Below, piece by piece: positions 10,335-21,509 of a stretch of DNA of 37,770 nt; the stretch's first letter is position 1, and every line of letters starts with the position of its first letter. The translations under genes and the position numbers were made by a program. The stretch is from UHGV virus genome UHGV-1359486, one strand, 5' to 3'. The DNA is from a virus. Below the pieces are notes generated by a model that had not been told where the DNA came from, ran no database searches, and was given only the letters and a program-made list of their open reading frames with translations.

Positions 10335-11752
10335 TATTCCGCCCTTACTGTCAGGTCAGACAGTGTTACCGGCGCTTTGGTTATTACCCTGATTTTGAAC
10401 CCGACATTTTTGCGGATACGGCCAATACGCTTCCAGATAATGCGCTGGTCATAACGGAACGGTGCATTCTGAGAAATCATCTGCTCGCGGCCATAATTAA
10501 TACCGTCAGTGGTGACCGACAGGAATAACCGGTCAGCAATCTGAGCGACACCGGTCGATGCCTCAAGCTCAAGGTCAAACAGCCTGGCGTTATCGGCTTT
10601 AATCAGTGGGGTGTACAGCAGGTGCTCTGCCTGCGCGTCATACTGCGATGAGGCATTGAACACCAGGCGACCAACAACCGGCTGCTTTTTGTCACCGACG
10701 GTTATCTGATTACCTTCATACATAAAATCAACTGCCCGGTGCGGCTCATCAAACAGGCCGGTTTTCAGCACAGCCCATTGCTGGCCGTTCTGGCTTGCTG
10801 CCGCGTCGAATACCAGTACATGTCGTGGAAGGTGAATGATTAGCAGCTCGTGAGAGTCAAACCGTACCGACTCCATGATGCCGCCGGATAATTCATCTGC
10901 GGTGTAACCGCGCAGTATCTTCTCGATGGTTGCCGTGGCGATAGATTTAACCTGACCGGAGTCAACCAGATAAACAGACGGTGCACCGCTGGCCGGATGG
11001 CTGATGATAGCGAACGCATCCATGTAGTTGCATTTGCAGAATGTTCCGGCAATGCCCTTACTGACCATATATGACGGGTTAGCCATATAAAGCGCTGCGC
11101 CGACAGTGGTCGAACCGGTAAGTGTGAAATACTCAATCGTGGAAGCGCCGAAGCACACAATGAAGTCACGCCACACGCCGAGGCCGATAATGCCGTCAGG
11201 CTGCGATTCAGCGCGATACTGTCCGCTGTATTTGTCGGGATGAGATTCATCTTCAAGGTCTGAAATGAAAAAGCTGTCAGTGCCTGCTTTCGACCACACA
11301 TACCGGCCTTTAACCCTGGCAACATCACTCGCCTCACCCAACTCATACTGGATATATCCGGTATCTACAGGCCAGTTGGTGATCGTCTTCTCTCCTCCGT
11401 CATAGCGATACTGCGTTATTTTTCCGCCGGACAATACAGCCTGACTGGTTGCACTGTATGCCATTGATACGCGGGATTTGCCGGACACGCTGCCGATAAC
11501 ACTGTCACCGCGATACAGCTTGCCGCCGAGAACACGATATACAGCATTCTTCGCGGTGTTGTACTGGACGCCACGCGACACTCCGTCAGCATCACGAAGC
11601 TTTTCGACTCCGGGAAATGACCGCATATAACCGGCAGCATTCAGGACTTCTTTCGGAGTTGCCAGCATATTCACCGGCAGGGAGTCGACATAATCAGCAG
11701 TCCTGAAATCTTTCGAAAGCCCCCTAGATATCGGAACCTGAATCTTCGGCAT
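10334..11752 (-). CDS. Tail accessory factor, P22 gp10-like
   Basis: 472 aa, same length and position as P22 gp10. Confidence 0.8.
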   Translation of the reverse strand: MPKIQVPISRGLSKDFRTADYVDSLPVNMLATPKEVLNAAGYMRSFPGVEKLRDADGVSRGVQYNTAKNAVYRVLGGKLYRGDSVIGSVSGKSRVSMAYSATSQAVLSGGKITQYRYDGGEKTITNWPVDTGYIQYELGEASDVARVKGRYVWSKAGTDSFFISDLEDESHPDKYSGQYRAESQPDGIIGLGVWRDFIVCFGASTIEYFTLTGSTTVGAALYMANPSYMVSKGIAGTFCKCNYMDAFAIISHPASGAPSVYLVDSGQVKSIATATIEKILRGYTADELSGGIMESVRFDSHELLIIHLPRHVLVFDAAASQNGQQWAVLKTGLFDEPHRAVDFMYEGNQITVGDKKQPVVGRLVFNASSQYDAQAEHLLYTPLIKADNARLFDLELEASTGVAQIADRLFLSVTTDGINYGREQMISQNAPFRYDQRIIWKRIGRIRKNVGFKIRVITKAPVTLSDLTVRAE

Positions 11753-12221
11753 TGTCTTTACTCCGGTGGAAGTATCGATACCCGTTCATCGTTGCCAGCC
11801 TGTTTCCTGAGCCAATCGGGAACCCGTTAGGGTAATGCGATCTGGCCTCTCTGGCCTTGCGCAATGAAACAGTGCGTAACAGACGCTCTTTGCCATAACG
11901 GGCAGTAGTGATGACCTTATCGAGTGGGGCAATCTGGTAATCTGGCGCAATTCGTAATGCGAGGTTGTAGATAACGGCGCTGATGGCTGCTTTGCTGATG
12001 CCGTGGTCGTCACCCTGATCAATCGGAGTGTCGTCTGGTGCAAATTTATAGCCGGTAATAATACCTTTGCCGTCCTCGTACCACTCAAACATCATTGCCT
12101 CAAGATCATTAACGCCATCCTCAAGAGACTGCGGTTCGATGTCTGTCAGTGTGGCATCAGAAGCAACTCCGATTTTACGAAGCGCCGCAACGACTAATTC
12201 ACCCTTCGTTAGTATCTGCAT
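11724..12221 (-). CDS. Tail accessory factor, P22 gp4-like
   Basis: 165 aa; position downstream of coat. Confidence 0.8.
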   Translation of the reverse strand: MQILTKGELVVAALRKIGVASDATLTDIEPQSLEDGVNDLEAMMFEWYEDGKGIITGYKFAPDDTPIDQGDDHGISKAAISAVIYNLALRIAPDYQIAPLDKVITTARYGKERLLRTVSLRKAREARSHYPNGFPIGSGNRLATMNGYRYFHRSKDNAEDSGSDI

Positions 12222-12429
12222 CTTTCACCGCCTTTTTTCGCTGGGTGCGCGGTTTCTTTTCTGGCTCTGGCTCTGGCTCTGGCTCTGTCAAAGTTTGAGT
12301 GTCTTCCGGGTGCATATACCATCCAGCATCGAGATAATTTTCAATTTCATCATCTTCAACCGTGATGATTTGCAGTTTCATGCCCCAGATTTTTACATTG
12401 CCATTGGCTTTATAAAGCATCGTGCTCAT
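12199..12429 (-). CDS. Small protein (76 aa) with EPEPEPEPE repeat between coat and gp4
   Basis: ATG at 12427-12429 with GGAGAT upstream; track ORF 12199..12612 extended by alternative start; contains the (GGCTCT)4 repeat. Confidence 0.45.
   Translation of the reverse strand: MSTMLYKANGNVKIWGMKLQIITVEDDEIENYLDAGWYMHPEDTQTLTEPEPEPEPEKKPRTQRKKAVKDADTNEG
12261..12286. repeat. Perfect hexanucleotide tandem repeat (GGCTCT)x4
   Basis: Read directly; encodes Glu-Pro repeats on the minus strand. Confidence 0.9.
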
Positions 12430-12441
12430 TGGTATCTCCAA

Positions 12442-12464
12442 TAAAAAAGGGAGCCGAAGCTCCC
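12442..12464 (-). terminator. Rho-independent terminator/attenuator just downstream of coat gene
   Basis: Minus-strand GGGAGC-UUCG-GCUCCC hairpin followed by UUUUUU. Confidence 0.55.
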
Positions 12465-12481
12465 AATGTGACAACGAGGAT

Positions 12482-13774
12482 TTATTTCTGACCGGCCAGA
12501 CCAACACCAATCGCTTCAGGACGGACAGCGCATGCTGAATACCAGACAGCAATACGGCACAGGCCGGACAGCGTGCTGATATCACCCTGAGTGGCGAAGA
12601 TGCCGTTAACACCTACGCCCGGGATGCTGAATGACTGAGTTTTCATGCCAGCAAACAGCTCATGGGTTACCGGGATCGGCTGCGACAGAAGGCGGATTGA
12701 ATCATCAGCCCAGAACACGTTTGCCGTGGTGGTGGAAATGTTCAGAACGTTAATGGCCGCACCATCCGCGAGAGATGTGTTCACATTAGCGTATGCTTTT
12801 TCTTCCGCAGTCAGTGTGGTGTCATTCAGCGCTACAGGCTTCGGAGTGATCTCAATGTGAGTACCATCGATAACGCGGGTGATGGAGAATGTCGCATCAT
12901 CAGTCAGCACGTTTTTAGCCATCTGAGACAGGAACTTCACACCGGCGAATGAAACCTTATCTCCGCGCTTAAACCCTGTGGACGAGGACACCGTTACAGT
13001 GGCGACACGGTTATCAACGTTCTCCGGGTTACCGTCAGCATCAGTTGTGCCTGCTTCAGGCTTGAACTTCTGAGCGCCGGAAACAGTTACTCCGGTAGCA
13101 GTCGATGCGGTAACCGCCGGAAGCTTAGGTGAACGAAGGATTTCATCGAACCCCGCAATCTGGCGCTGGATAGTGCCGTTACGGTAAGCATCTTCAGGAA
13201 TGCGGCCGAAAATATCACCATCGACCAGGCTGCGCCCTGATTTGCGGTAATCATCCGGGTTCAGGAAATAACTGATCCCCATATCGCGGTTAAGCTCGCG
13301 GGAGAACATGAGGCGTTCTGCATCAGACACAAAGTCCCAGCCGCTCAGGCCGGTAGATGGGCCGATGTCGCGCTCATCATGAACAACAAGAGAGCCCATT
13401 TCAGTCGCCTGTTTGGCAATGGCCGTTTCAATGTTGTTTGCCAGCTTCTTAGCGGATGCCTGGATGCGGCGGCGGAATGACCGCTCGTCACGCAGCTCAT
13501 CAGCACGTAACTGGAAGAAATCGTTATCCGGAGTACCCATGTTGCATTTCACTGACAACTCAAGCACACCGGTCTGTTTGTTGGTTAAGTCCCAACCTGA
13601 CTGGGTAGGCGCTTCCTGCTCAACAGGCATCCACACAGTGTTTCCTGAACGCTGCATAGATTCAGCAGGTGGCGAGTACTTCGTGGTTTTCTGCGCCATC
13701 GGAGTGAGGTTTTCGACAGTTTCAATGATTTCGTCGATCGCATATGTAACTAACTGACCTTCTTTTAAAGTCAT
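12482..13774 (-). CDS. Major coat protein (P22 gp5 family)
   Basis: 430 aa; long collinear identity to P22 coat as recalled (PMAQK..., [27 protein letters not shown]). Confidence 0.95.
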   Translation of the reverse strand: MTLKEGQLVTYAIDEIIETVENLTPMAQKTTKYSPPAESMQRSGNTVWMPVEQEAPTQSGWDLTNKQTGVLELSVKCNMGTPDNDFFQLRADELRDERSFRRRIQASAKKLANNIETAIAKQATEMGSLVVHDERDIGPSTGLSGWDFVSDAERLMFSRELNRDMGISYFLNPDDYRKSGRSLVDGDIFGRIPEDAYRNGTIQRQIAGFDEILRSPKLPAVTASTATGVTVSGAQKFKPEAGTTDADGNPENVDNRVATVTVSSSTGFKRGDKVSFAGVKFLSQMAKNVLTDDATFSITRVIDGTHIEITPKPVALNDTTLTAEEKAYANVNTSLADGAAINVLNISTTTANVFWADDSIRLLSQPIPVTHELFAGMKTQSFSIPGVGVNGIFATQGDISTLSGLCRIAVWYSACAVRPEAIGVGLAGQK

Positions 13775-14688
13775 TATTTAATTCCTTGTAATTTCGCCTT
13801 GATTTGGCGGTAAAGCGTTACGTTTCCGTCACTGGCTGCTTTCTCCATCTGCTTACGAAGTCCGGCAGCATTAGCTGCCGAAACATCTCCACTTAATGGT
13901 TCGTCAGCAGGCGGTGCGTCTGAGCGCTGTTTACCGCGTGGCGTGAGAGTTAATCGTTCAGATAAGCGTGTCAGCTCAATAAGTGCGGACTGCCCGTCCA
14001 TCGCCAGAAGCTGGCGGGTTTTCTCCGGGTTCGACCCCAGGTAATACATGACAGCTGCGGATTTCTCAGGGAACAGGCGCATGATGTCAGCGCCAACCTG
14101 CGGCGGAACCAACTGCATAAACGCATCTTCTTTATCCTGATAGTCAGGGATATTGAGCTTCTCCGCAGCGTCATAGTGTTTACGGGCAGCTTCCACATAC
14201 TGCGCTGACTGTTGGGTGTATTCCTGAGTCTTGCGCCCCTGCTCCGCTACCGCATTGCTTCGTGCGTCCATAGCCTTCATCTGCCAGTCACTGTTAGCCT
14301 GCTGGAAAGCGGCCAGTGCGCGATTCTGGTCAAAGTCATACTTGGCAAGCGATTCATCAGAGAAGAAATCGTTCGGATCAGGCTGCTTTGGTAACTCAGG
14401 ATTCACCCGTAAGTGCTCCGGCAATTCACCGCGTTTAACTGCCTCCATCTGCTGCTCAAGCTCACGCTGACGCTTGCGCTCAATGCGGCGACGGGCAAAT
14501 TCCGCGTTTGTTGCCGGGTCTTGTTTGGGTTTCCCCTCATCGTCTTTCAGTACAATGTCGAAGCCTTCATCCTGACCTGCATTGTCGTTGGCATTATCGA
14601 CAACTGAGCCATCTGCGGATGCCGCCGCCTGATCGCCGGACAGGGTTAATTCTTCAGTCTGGTTCTGAATTTCGGTGGTTGTGCTCAT
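13774..14688 (-). CDS. Scaffolding protein (P22 gp8 family)
   Basis: 304 aa; matches P22 scaffold through [29 protein letters not shown]...[15 protein letters not shown]. Confidence 0.9.
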   Translation of the reverse strand: MSTTTEIQNQTEELTLSGDQAAASADGSVVDNANDNAGQDEGFDIVLKDDEGKPKQDPATNAEFARRRIERKRQRELEQQMEAVKRGELPEHLRVNPELPKQPDPNDFFSDESLAKYDFDQNRALAAFQQANSDWQMKAMDARSNAVAEQGRKTQEYTQQSAQYVEAARKHYDAAEKLNIPDYQDKEDAFMQLVPPQVGADIMRLFPEKSAAVMYYLGSNPEKTRQLLAMDGQSALIELTRLSERLTLTPRGKQRSDAPPADEPLSGDVSAANAAGLRKQMEKAASDGNVTLYRQIKAKLQGIK

Positions 14689-14702
14689 GATATTTAACTC
14701 TC

Positions 14703-16790
14703 TTACATGGTTTGAGGTATCTCGGCTGGTGAGCCGGAAGGGGTGTTTTGTTGTTGCTGATCTGCAACCTTGTTCAGAAGTTCGATAGCTTTCATCACTG
14801 CGCCCTGCTGCAAGTCCTCGGCCTTAGCCAAGGTCAATGTAGTGTTTGCCTGTGATTCAAGTGCGTTATTCTGAGCAGTAAATGCTTTGATTTGTGTTTC
14901 CTGTGCCCTTGTCTGAGCGCTGACGAGCTCAGCCTCGGCTTTCTTCTGTTCTGCCATGGCTGCAACCATCATCGGGTCTTGTTTGCCCTGTTGCGCCTGC
15001 TGAGCCTCCATTAACCACTGCTGTTCTTCATCAGTCTCCGGCTTTTTCAGGCCGTTAACTATCAGCTCGCGGTTAGCGTAGTCGCGGATGTACTCAACGC
15101 CTTTACCCTCCATCATGTTGGCATAGGTCAGCATCATGACATTCCACATAGGATGCTCAGGCGGAACCTTGGTGATCAGGTCGCCTATCTCAGCGCGGGC
15201 TGCATCTTTCTGTGACTGGAAGGACGGGCCGACATCAGTGTAAGTTTCATACTTCCCACGGATATCGTTTTTAGTGACTACCTGCCCCTGCTGGAAGTCG
15301 ACAGACTGAGACATCAGCTCAACGTTGCTTTCATTACCATCTTCGGCAGTGGTGACAACGGTTCGCGTTGTGTCATAAATATCACTGGCGATTGACGCGT
15401 AAATCTCACCATCGCGACGCATGGCGATTGCCAGGTTATCCTGAAACACGTATGTCTCAAGGTCGATGCGGGAGTTAAGCTGATTGACGGTATCAAATGC
15501 CACCTGACCATTTGCGGCAGACGGGTCAACGCCGATACGAGCAACCTCTTTTGCTGCCTGTGTGGCGGCGTCAAGCATGCCGGCATCCGCGGGTGATATC
15601 TCCGGATTCTCCATATAGGAGACCGGCCCGGGTGGTAAATCATTGCCGCTCTCATCCGTTCTGTTCAGCAAATAGTAGGGGTAATCATCATCACCGCTGT
15701 ACATATGCTGATACCCATCTATCTGCTCGTCATAAAAGAACGGCTTTTTCTTCGGTGATTTTGCTACCGTATCAGCGCCCTTTGACAGGATGAAGTTACG
15801 CAGCCTCTGAGCATCTTTAGACAGGCGGACAACGCCCTCATACAACTCAGTATCATCGAAGAACGACCACTCGCCATACACAGGCACAATCGGGATATGC
15901 TCACCAGCAACCGGAATTCTGTCTTTCAGTATCGCCGTGCTGGTGATGATGGATTTGTACACCCTGCGGCGCTTAACTTTGCGTTCACCTGCCTTCTCGG
16001 CACCTTCAGCTGACAGGCGCTCAATGTGATCTTTAATCTCACTGGCGTAATAGCTCTGAAAGTCCATTACTGTCGGGTTGTAGTAGACGAATACCTTCTC
16101 GTTTTTCTCCTCAACCTCGTAGTGTTCGGCGACATAAATTGTTTTGCCGCTCGACCAGGTGAACAACCAGTCAGTGTTGGGCGACTGGAATGTCGGAACA
16201 TCGTCAGGATCTAACCCGTATTGCTCTGCGAATTCTTCCCACCCGTCAATATTGAGAGCGTGAATTATCGTGCAGCGCTTGGCATCAGATTTATCCATCT
16301 CCTTCGCGTTACAGTCCCATATCACATGAGTGCATGACTCATGGATGGGTTTGCGCCGGATAATTTGGTTATTGCTGGTCGGGTTATCGTCCTCATACTC
16401 GGTGACAATGCGCCAGGCACCGACACCGCATTCAATCTGCTCACGGACTGCCACGTTGACAGAAATCTTTGAGCTGTTATTGCGCATGTCTGTGCGGTAC
16501 ATCCCCATGAGGATGTCAGCAGCATCAGGAGAGGCTGTATCTTTCGGCCTGTACTGAACCTCTATCGGATTCTTGCGCATCTCAGCAACGAGCTTACGCA
16601 CCATAGGGCGCACGACATCAAACTGTCCGCGATACTGCAATGTGACATAGTTTTCTAACCAATCATCCCACTGTGAAACGCGACTGAAAAACAAATCATT
16701 CCTCGCCTCCGTTCGTGCTGCTTCAGACGCGGAGTAATCGAGGTCGAATTTGCGCAATATGCTATTCAGCCGCTCATTTTTATCGACCAT
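14703..16790 (-). CDS. Portal protein (P22 gp1 family)
   Basis: 695 aa; [35 protein letters not shown] as in P22 portal. Confidence 0.95.
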   Translation of the reverse strand: MVDKNERLNSILRKFDLDYSASEAARTEARNDLFFSRVSQWDDWLENYVTLQYRGQFDVVRPMVRKLVAEMRKNPIEVQYRPKDTASPDAADILMGMYRTDMRNNSSKISVNVAVREQIECGVGAWRIVTEYEDDNPTSNNQIIRRKPIHESCTHVIWDCNAKEMDKSDAKRCTIIHALNIDGWEEFAEQYGLDPDDVPTFQSPNTDWLFTWSSGKTIYVAEHYEVEEKNEKVFVYYNPTVMDFQSYYASEIKDHIERLSAEGAEKAGERKVKRRRVYKSIITSTAILKDRIPVAGEHIPIVPVYGEWSFFDDTELYEGVVRLSKDAQRLRNFILSKGADTVAKSPKKKPFFYDEQIDGYQHMYSGDDDYPYYLLNRTDESGNDLPPGPVSYMENPEISPADAGMLDAATQAAKEVARIGVDPSAANGQVAFDTVNQLNSRIDLETYVFQDNLAIAMRRDGEIYASIASDIYDTTRTVVTTAEDGNESNVELMSQSVDFQQGQVVTKNDIRGKYETYTDVGPSFQSQKDAARAEIGDLITKVPPEHPMWNVMMLTYANMMEGKGVEYIRDYANRELIVNGLKKPETDEEQQWLMEAQQAQQGKQDPMMVAAMAEQKKAEAELVSAQTRAQETQIKAFTAQNNALESQANTTLTLAKAEDLQQGAVMKAIELLNKVADQQQQNTPSGSPAEIPQTM

Positions 16791-18289
16791 TAATGTCTCC
16801 TGATAGGCTTAATCGGGGCGGGAATTACTTTCTGTTTTGTCTTTTTGATATCGCGTAGTTGCTTGGCAAATCTGCGCATCATGTAGGCGTACCGGACAGC
16901 ATCCAGAACATCGTCGTTTGTCTTGGCGATCTTCCCGTTTTCATCGCGGTGATACAGCCTGAATTCTTCAAAGAACGGCTCGCAGGTATTAAATACGCGA
17001 AACCGGCCATCAAGCATCAGATCACGCAGCTCATTAATACCGGACTCAACCGAGTTACCGCCCTCAGCAAATGTCGCATGCTCTTTCAGCATTGCGAAAC
17101 CAGCGTCTGTATACTGCGCCTTTAACTGTTCACCACCGCCTTTTTCATGCTGATGTCCGTCATGAGGCCAAGCCACAGGTATTTTCTTCGCCCATGATTT
17201 AACAGCGCCCCATGCCTGAACAGCGGTGTTCTCTGACTTCTTCCAGACTCTGGCAAGATAAAAAACATCTTCGTCTTTATCCCACCACAGCTGAATGTGC
17301 GCCTGCGGGTGATCCCACCCGAAGTCTTGGCCGTCAATAATGTAAAAATGCTCAGGGCACTCAAACGGCTGACACTTAATTGTTTCTTCCGGAATCTGAT
17401 ATATGCGGCCGCTTCCCATTGTCGGAATACCACGAGCACGAGCCTCACGTTCATGTTCAGGGTATGAAGCGACAATCCTTTCTTTCTCATCGTCAGTGTA
17501 GTGATCGGCATCATAGATAGTCATGTTGACCACCTTCTGAGCCTTGGACGGGTTCTTCAGGAACTTTTCTACTACTGATGACATCCCCATAAGCGGGGTA
17601 AAAGTGAGGATGGAAAACTGGCCGTATTTGTTGGTACGGGTAAGCCCTTCGGCGTAAATGGAATATGGTGGCTCTTCATCGAACCAGACACCGTGTATTG
17701 TGTCCCCCTGCCATCTTGCGCGGCCTTGTGAATACGGCTTGAAGTAGCAGATAGACATGCCATCTTCAACACCATCAGCGTTGTGGTGACGGATAAGTAT
17801 GTGGTCGACAAGGTTCGGGTAAAACGGTGACTTCTTCCAGCTGATCACATCCTCTTTAGGAATAGAGCCGTACCCAATTTCGTTATTTTCTTCAACTCGA
17901 CCACAGAGAATACGCTGAGTGGTTTTTGTTACTGTCTCGTTTGTTTCGCCGCCAACCCACCACACGTTAGGCTCAAAAAACCGCTTACCGTTCCACTCGC
18001 CTTTCCATGCGCCATCTTCAGGATACCCTTTCGTGCCCGGATAACGCCCGGTAAGGTGAAATGCTACCTCTGCACCGCCTGTGTACGACTTACCAAGCTG
18101 GTTACCGGCCATAAAGCAGCGCTCAAAATACTCACTACCGGCATCAATAAACTCACGTTGCTTCGCATACGGAGAATATTCAAACAGTTGATGCGTCTTT
18201 CTGTATTCGTCTTCTTCTTCCAGCAATTCAAGCAGCTCGTATTGCTCGTCGTCGCTCAGGTTATCAAGTATCTGATCCAGATTTTCCAC
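16790..18289 (-). CDS. Terminase large subunit (P22 gp2 family)
   Basis: Walker A-like [12 protein letters not shown] at 18287-18289 with AAGGAG upstream gives 499 aa; alternative GTG at 18328 (track ORF). Confidence 0.85.
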   Translation of the reverse strand: MENLDQILDNLSDDEQYELLELLEEEDEYRKTHQLFEYSPYAKQREFIDAGSEYFERCFMAGNQLGKSYTGGAEVAFHLTGRYPGTKGYPEDGAWKGEWNGKRFFEPNVWWVGGETNETVTKTTQRILCGRVEENNEIGYGSIPKEDVISWKKSPFYPNLVDHILIRHHNADGVEDGMSICYFKPYSQGRARWQGDTIHGVWFDEEPPYSIYAEGLTRTNKYGQFSILTFTPLMGMSSVVEKFLKNPSKAQKVVNMTIYDADHYTDDEKERIVASYPEHEREARARGIPTMGSGRIYQIPEETIKCQPFECPEHFYIIDGQDFGWDHPQAHIQLWWDKDEDVFYLARVWKKSENTAVQAWGAVKSWAKKIPVAWPHDGHQHEKGGGEQLKAQYTDAGFAMLKEHATFAEGGNSVESGINELRDLMLDGRFRVFNTCEPFFEEFRLYHRDENGKIAKTNDDVLDAVRYAYMMRRFAKQLRDIKKTKQKVIPAPIKPIRRH

Positions 18290-18755
18290 GGTTGAATAAC
18301 TCCTTAATGCGAGAGCGGCGCTTGTCACGGTCTCCCTTGTCCGGAGTTACATCCTCGACCTCTTGGCGATCTTTGAGACCTAAATCACGTGCGATAATGT
18401 TTGCGTTAAGCAGGTCAGCGGCGGCACCGGAAAATTTCTGGTCATAGATGACTTTCTCTGCTCGCGTTGTGACTGCCATAAAATCTTCACGGGCGCGGTA
18501 CAATTGCCATGTGCTATCAGCTATATCCAGAAACAGGCAAAGCCCTGAGATTGTCATGGCTCTCATTTTAGCGATGGGTTCCTGTGTCACTTCGCCCTGA
18601 TAACTAAATGCTTTCATTTCCCACAGCGGGTTATCCTCTACCCACTGGAAATACTCACAGCATGCATTCCATAAATCATCAGGAGACTCGAACTTCGGGC
18701 TTCGCCCGTGACTGCTTCTAGCCTCCCAGAATCTGTTTCCTTTTGGTGCGGCCAT
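18264..18755 (-). CDS. Terminase small subunit (P22 gp3 family)
   Basis: 163 aa; [18 protein letters not shown]...[15 protein letters not shown]...[24 protein letters not shown] matches P22 gp3 as recalled. Confidence 0.9.
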   Translation of the reverse strand: MAAPKGNRFWEARSSHGRSPKFESPDDLWNACCEYFQWVEDNPLWEMKAFSYQGEVTQEPIAKMRAMTISGLCLFLDIADSTWQLYRAREDFMAVTTRAEKVIYDQKFSGAAADLLNANIIARDLGLKDRQEVEDVTPDKGDRDKRRSRIKELFNRGKSGSDT

Positions 18756-18808
18756 ATATCCCCCTTAATCAATTATCCAGCCCACTCGGAAATGAGCTGT
18801 GTAATTGG

Positions 18809-19033
18809 CTATGCGAACAGGTCTAATGCTTCCTGTGCCTCTCTTGCTGCCTTTTGTGCTCTGGCAACAAACTGTGATTCGGTCTGGCATTTGTGGTAAG
18901 CATCTTTGAAGAGCTCAAACTTGAGCGCGTCGTCTTTAACAAACTCGATAGCGGCCTGAGCTGCGGCAGTGTCATTGCTCACCAGTCGCAGTAAGTCCAG
19001 ACGCATCTGATGTTGTGCTGTGATTTCTGTCAT
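18809..19033 (-). CDS. Hypothetical protein (74 aa; start uncertain, track ORF extends to 19117)
   Basis: ORF between lysis cassette and terminase; weak RBS. Confidence 0.35.
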   Translation of the reverse strand: MTEITAQHQMRLDLLRLVSNDTAAAQAAIEFVKDDALKFELFKDAYHKCQTESQFVARAQKAAREAQEALDLFA

Positions 19034-19231
19034 TTTTGCACCTGTAGTTTTTGAGATAAGTGTTCCGTCTCTCCGGTTGTCACGACCATGCCGCCAATGG
19101 TTGCCGTTCCCACACATGCGGATTACACATCCGTGGCTTCGTTGTTTTCGACTATCAGTGTGCGCTCGTCACGTGAGGATATGAGTCATTGCTAACACGC
19201 TATACCGCGACAACGCTGCGCAAAGTGCTGG

Positions 19232-19438
19232 TTATTTGGAGTCGTTTACGTAATGGGCTACCGTTTTACCGGCGCTGTTGATAATTTCGGCTTTATCGCC
19301 AGACTGCAATGTGAGGTCATCGCCGCAGTTATTATGGTCGGTGTAATTCAGCTTATACGCCCACGGTGACCACTGAATACCATAACCGGACTCAATGACT
19401 TCGTTACCTGATGCGGTGATTACTTTGATTGTGAACAT
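19232..19438 (-). CDS. Hypothetical protein (68 aa)
   Basis: ATG preceded by GGAG at 6 nt. Confidence 0.5.
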   Translation of the reverse strand: MFTIKVITASGNEVIESGYGIQWSPWAYKLNYTDHNNCGDDLTLQSGDKAEIINSAGKTVAHYVNDSK

Positions 19439-19582
19439 GATGATGCTCCGTTATTGAATTTTGTTCGCAACCATCATCACGCATCACTACGTTACTTTGG
19501 TCACTTCCGTCTGTTCCGGCATGTCAAGATAGTGATCACCTCCTATCAGAGAAGATCTATCTAACCTTGTCGGGGTTATTCG

Positions 19583-19609
19583 TAAAAAAGCCCCGCTAGT
19601 TAGCGAGGC
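19583..19609 (-). terminator. Candidate rho-independent terminator overlapping the 3' end of Rz
   Basis: Minus-strand 9-bp stem (one G-U pair) followed by UUUUUU. Confidence 0.35.
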
Positions 19610-20048
19610 ACTGAGTCTTTATGTAGTCATGGAGCCCACGAATTTGGGCATCCATTGTTTCAAGCTGCTTGCGGAGATGAAAATAATCCGGTTCAGCGTC
19701 TCTCGCCAGGGTGGCGGGTCTGCCATCATCCATGCTGGAGGTGGTATCGGTTCCGCTTTTGGGGCATTCAGCGCGGACGTACACCCGCTTGTTGCCAGAC
19801 TTAACAGCATCACGCAGGCTATCAATTTCAGTTTTGGCATTGGTTAACTCCTGCGTGTACATAGTGTCGAGTTCGTGAAGTGACTGAATGCGGGATTTGT
19901 AGCCTTTGTTGATGGCGACCTGCTCTGCAAACTGAGAGGAAAGCAGCTGATAGTTATCTTTCAAGCCACCATACAGATGCAGGAGAAGCAGCAGACTGAC
20001 AGCCAGTATTCCGCAAATGCCTAGCCATATCTTTGTTGCGGTGCTCAT
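19596..20048 (-). CDS. i-spanin (Rz-like)
   Basis: 150 aa, N-terminal TM helix then coiled-coil region; directly after endolysin. Confidence 0.8.
   Translation of the reverse strand: MSTATKIWLGICGILAVSLLLLLHLYGGLKDNYQLLSSQFAEQVAINKGYKSRIQSLHELDTMYTQELTNAKTEIDSLRDAVKSGNKRVYVRAECPKSGTDTTSSMDDGRPATLARDAEPDYFHLRKQLETMDAQIRGLHDYIKTQCLAN
19619..19840 (-). CDS. o-spanin (Rz1-like lipoprotein) embedded in the Rz gene in another frame
   Basis: Signal peptide with lipobox-like ATSGC, Pro-rich mature part; fully nested within Rz. Confidence 0.65.
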   Translation of the reverse strand: MPKLKLIACVMLLSLATSGCTSALNAPKAEPIPPPAWMMADPPPWRETLNRIIFISASSLKQWMPKFVGSMTT

Positions 20049-20049
20049 A

Positions 20050-20382
20050 TCACTTAACGCCGTTGTGTTCTAACGAGTAGTGATTGCCGTCATTGAACCT
20101 ACCGCCCCACGTACCCCCGATGGACTCCCAATATTCACCGAGTGGTTTGTGGTCACTTGATGCCGTCAGATATTTGCCATCTTTGAACAGGTTGAAATCA
20201 ACCGCCAGCCGCTGGGTATGCAGGCTGTTTTTAATTCCAGCGCCGGATTTGGCATTTAGTGCAGCCTGCTCCGGTGTTCGGTACGCCTCTGAGAACGTCA
20301 GATCATAGCCGTTGTCGTACGCGAAGATAATTAAGTCCGCAATCATGCGGGTAAACTTGCGTTGCTTTTCACCTAATGTCAT
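20050..20382 (-). CDS. Endolysin, peptidase M15-type (L-alanyl-D-glutamate/D-Ala-D-Ala peptidase family)
   Basis: 110 aa; SLHTQRLAVD (H-x6-D) and DGNHYSLEH zinc-ligand pattern; ATGA overlap with holin. Confidence 0.7.
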   Translation of the reverse strand: MTLGEKQRKFTRMIADLIIFAYDNGYDLTFSEAYRTPEQAALNAKSGAGIKNSLHTQRLAVDFNLFKDGKYLTASSDHKPLGEYWESIGGTWGGRFNDGNHYSLEHNGVK

Positions 20383-20687
20383 TTTTTACCGCCTGAGAAT
20401 TTTGACCAAAAGAAGTCCAGTGCAAAAGAACCCATAGCGCCACACATACCGGCAGCAAATACCGTGTAATAAAACGAAGCGTTGAGTTCCACAGAAAGAA
20501 GCCCACCCATCAGGCCGGAGAACCCGGAAACCATCATCTGCATGATTGCCCCCAGCCAGCTCCAGCGGTAGCCGTTGCGTTTGTTGTCAATAATGTACCG
20601 GGCTAAGCCACCGTAAAGGGATATGGCAAATATGACCCCCCATGCTGTACCGGTGACTTTCAGGTCTTTGTCATCCATCTTTGCCAT
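20379..20687 (-). CDS. Holin, three TM helices, dual-start motif MAKM
   Basis: 102 aa; three hydrophobic segments, charged C-terminus; strong RBS. Confidence 0.75.
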   Translation of the reverse strand: MAKMDDKDLKVTGTAWGVIFAISLYGGLARYIIDNKRNGYRWSWLGAIMQMMVSGFSGLMGGLLSVELNASFYYTVFAAGMCGAMGSFALDFFWSKFSGGKK

Positions 20688-20873
20688 ACCGCCCCCTTCC
20701 GGAGGATTTAGTTAATAGGGTGCCGCGCACAGTATCTCTGCGCTGATTACGTTTGTTTGTTCAGGATTCTGTGGCGGCGTGTTTGTTTATTAGTTGGATT
20801 GGATGCTGCATCGATGAATGAGTTATATTCAGCAATGCCGATTAATATCACCACCCACATAAAGCAGGTAAAA

Positions 20874-21332
20874 ATGACTGAAAATAAAGAAAGAGCGACT
20901 AAATATTATATCGAGATAGTTAAGCCAACTATCGATGAGTTTATGAATGACAAATGCAGTATTAGAAAAGGAATGCTGGCATCAATCACCATGAATCACA
21001 TAATTGATTACCTATATGACGACAGTTCAAAAAGCGATGGTTTCAGATTTTCGTCCTCTGAATGCGACGCTCTGAACACCATTAAAGATGTCTGCAATGC
21101 ATCTAAACACTGTGAGTTAACAAGAGGAAACCCATCAATAAAATCATCAGACCAAATAACACAAGATGATGTTCCAGGATTATTTTCCGCTCCGTTTGGA
21201 ACTGGTGGATTTCTTGAAGCAAGTTATGTTTTCGTTAAACTTAACGATGAAATTAATGGCGATAAATTCAAATGCTTGCCGAATATAATAAAAGAGGCCG
21301 AAGATTACTGGGATAAACGACTTCCGTCATAA
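20874..21332 (+). CDS. Moron: unknown protein antisense to the late operon (152 aa from ATG 20874; alternatives ATG 20814, TTG 20757)
   Basis: Uninterrupted ORF, AGGT 5 nt upstream of ATG, markedly AT-rich relative to flanks; no recognisable motif. Confidence 0.55.
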   Translation: MTENKERATKYYIEIVKPTIDEFMNDKCSIRKGMLASITMNHIIDYLYDDSSKSDGFRFSSSECDALNTIKDVCNASKHCELTRGNPSIKSSDQITQDDVPGLFSAPFGTGGFLEASYVFVKLNDEINGDKFKCLPNIIKEAEDYWDKRLPS

Positions 21333-21340
21333 AATCACAA

Positions 21341-21364
21341 AATAAAAAGCCCTCCGAAGAGGGC
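21341..21364 (-). terminator. tR'-like strong rho-independent terminator (hairpin shared with the end of the plus-strand moron)
   Basis: GCCCTC-CGAA-GAGGGC hairpin; minus strand followed by UUUUUAUUUU; about 165 nt downstream of PR'. Confidence 0.6.
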
Positions 21365-21509
21365 TGTTATGCATGCTTCGACACAAGGCCAGTTTCCCGC
21401 CGGTGTGCGCCGTTTACTTACTTCCTCGCTCTGCATTCTAAAAAGCCCCGCATTTGGCGAGGATTATAATTCAGGTTAAGCGACTTAAGAGTCATGTAGA
21501 TCAACTTAC

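Noticed and set aside
10840-11346. 168-aa minus-strand ORF nested in the gp10-like gene (similar nested ORFs at 3318-3716, 15314-15655, 17122-17514, 26532-26915)
   Set aside because: Lie in alternative frames or antisense inside strongly supported structural or replication genes; no independent start signals.
20757-20873. N-terminal extension of the moron from a TTG start, superficially signal-peptide-like (RILWRRVCLLVGL)
   Set aside because: Hydrophobic core too short, TTG has no RBS, and this segment overlaps the holin upstream region; ATG 20874 preferred.
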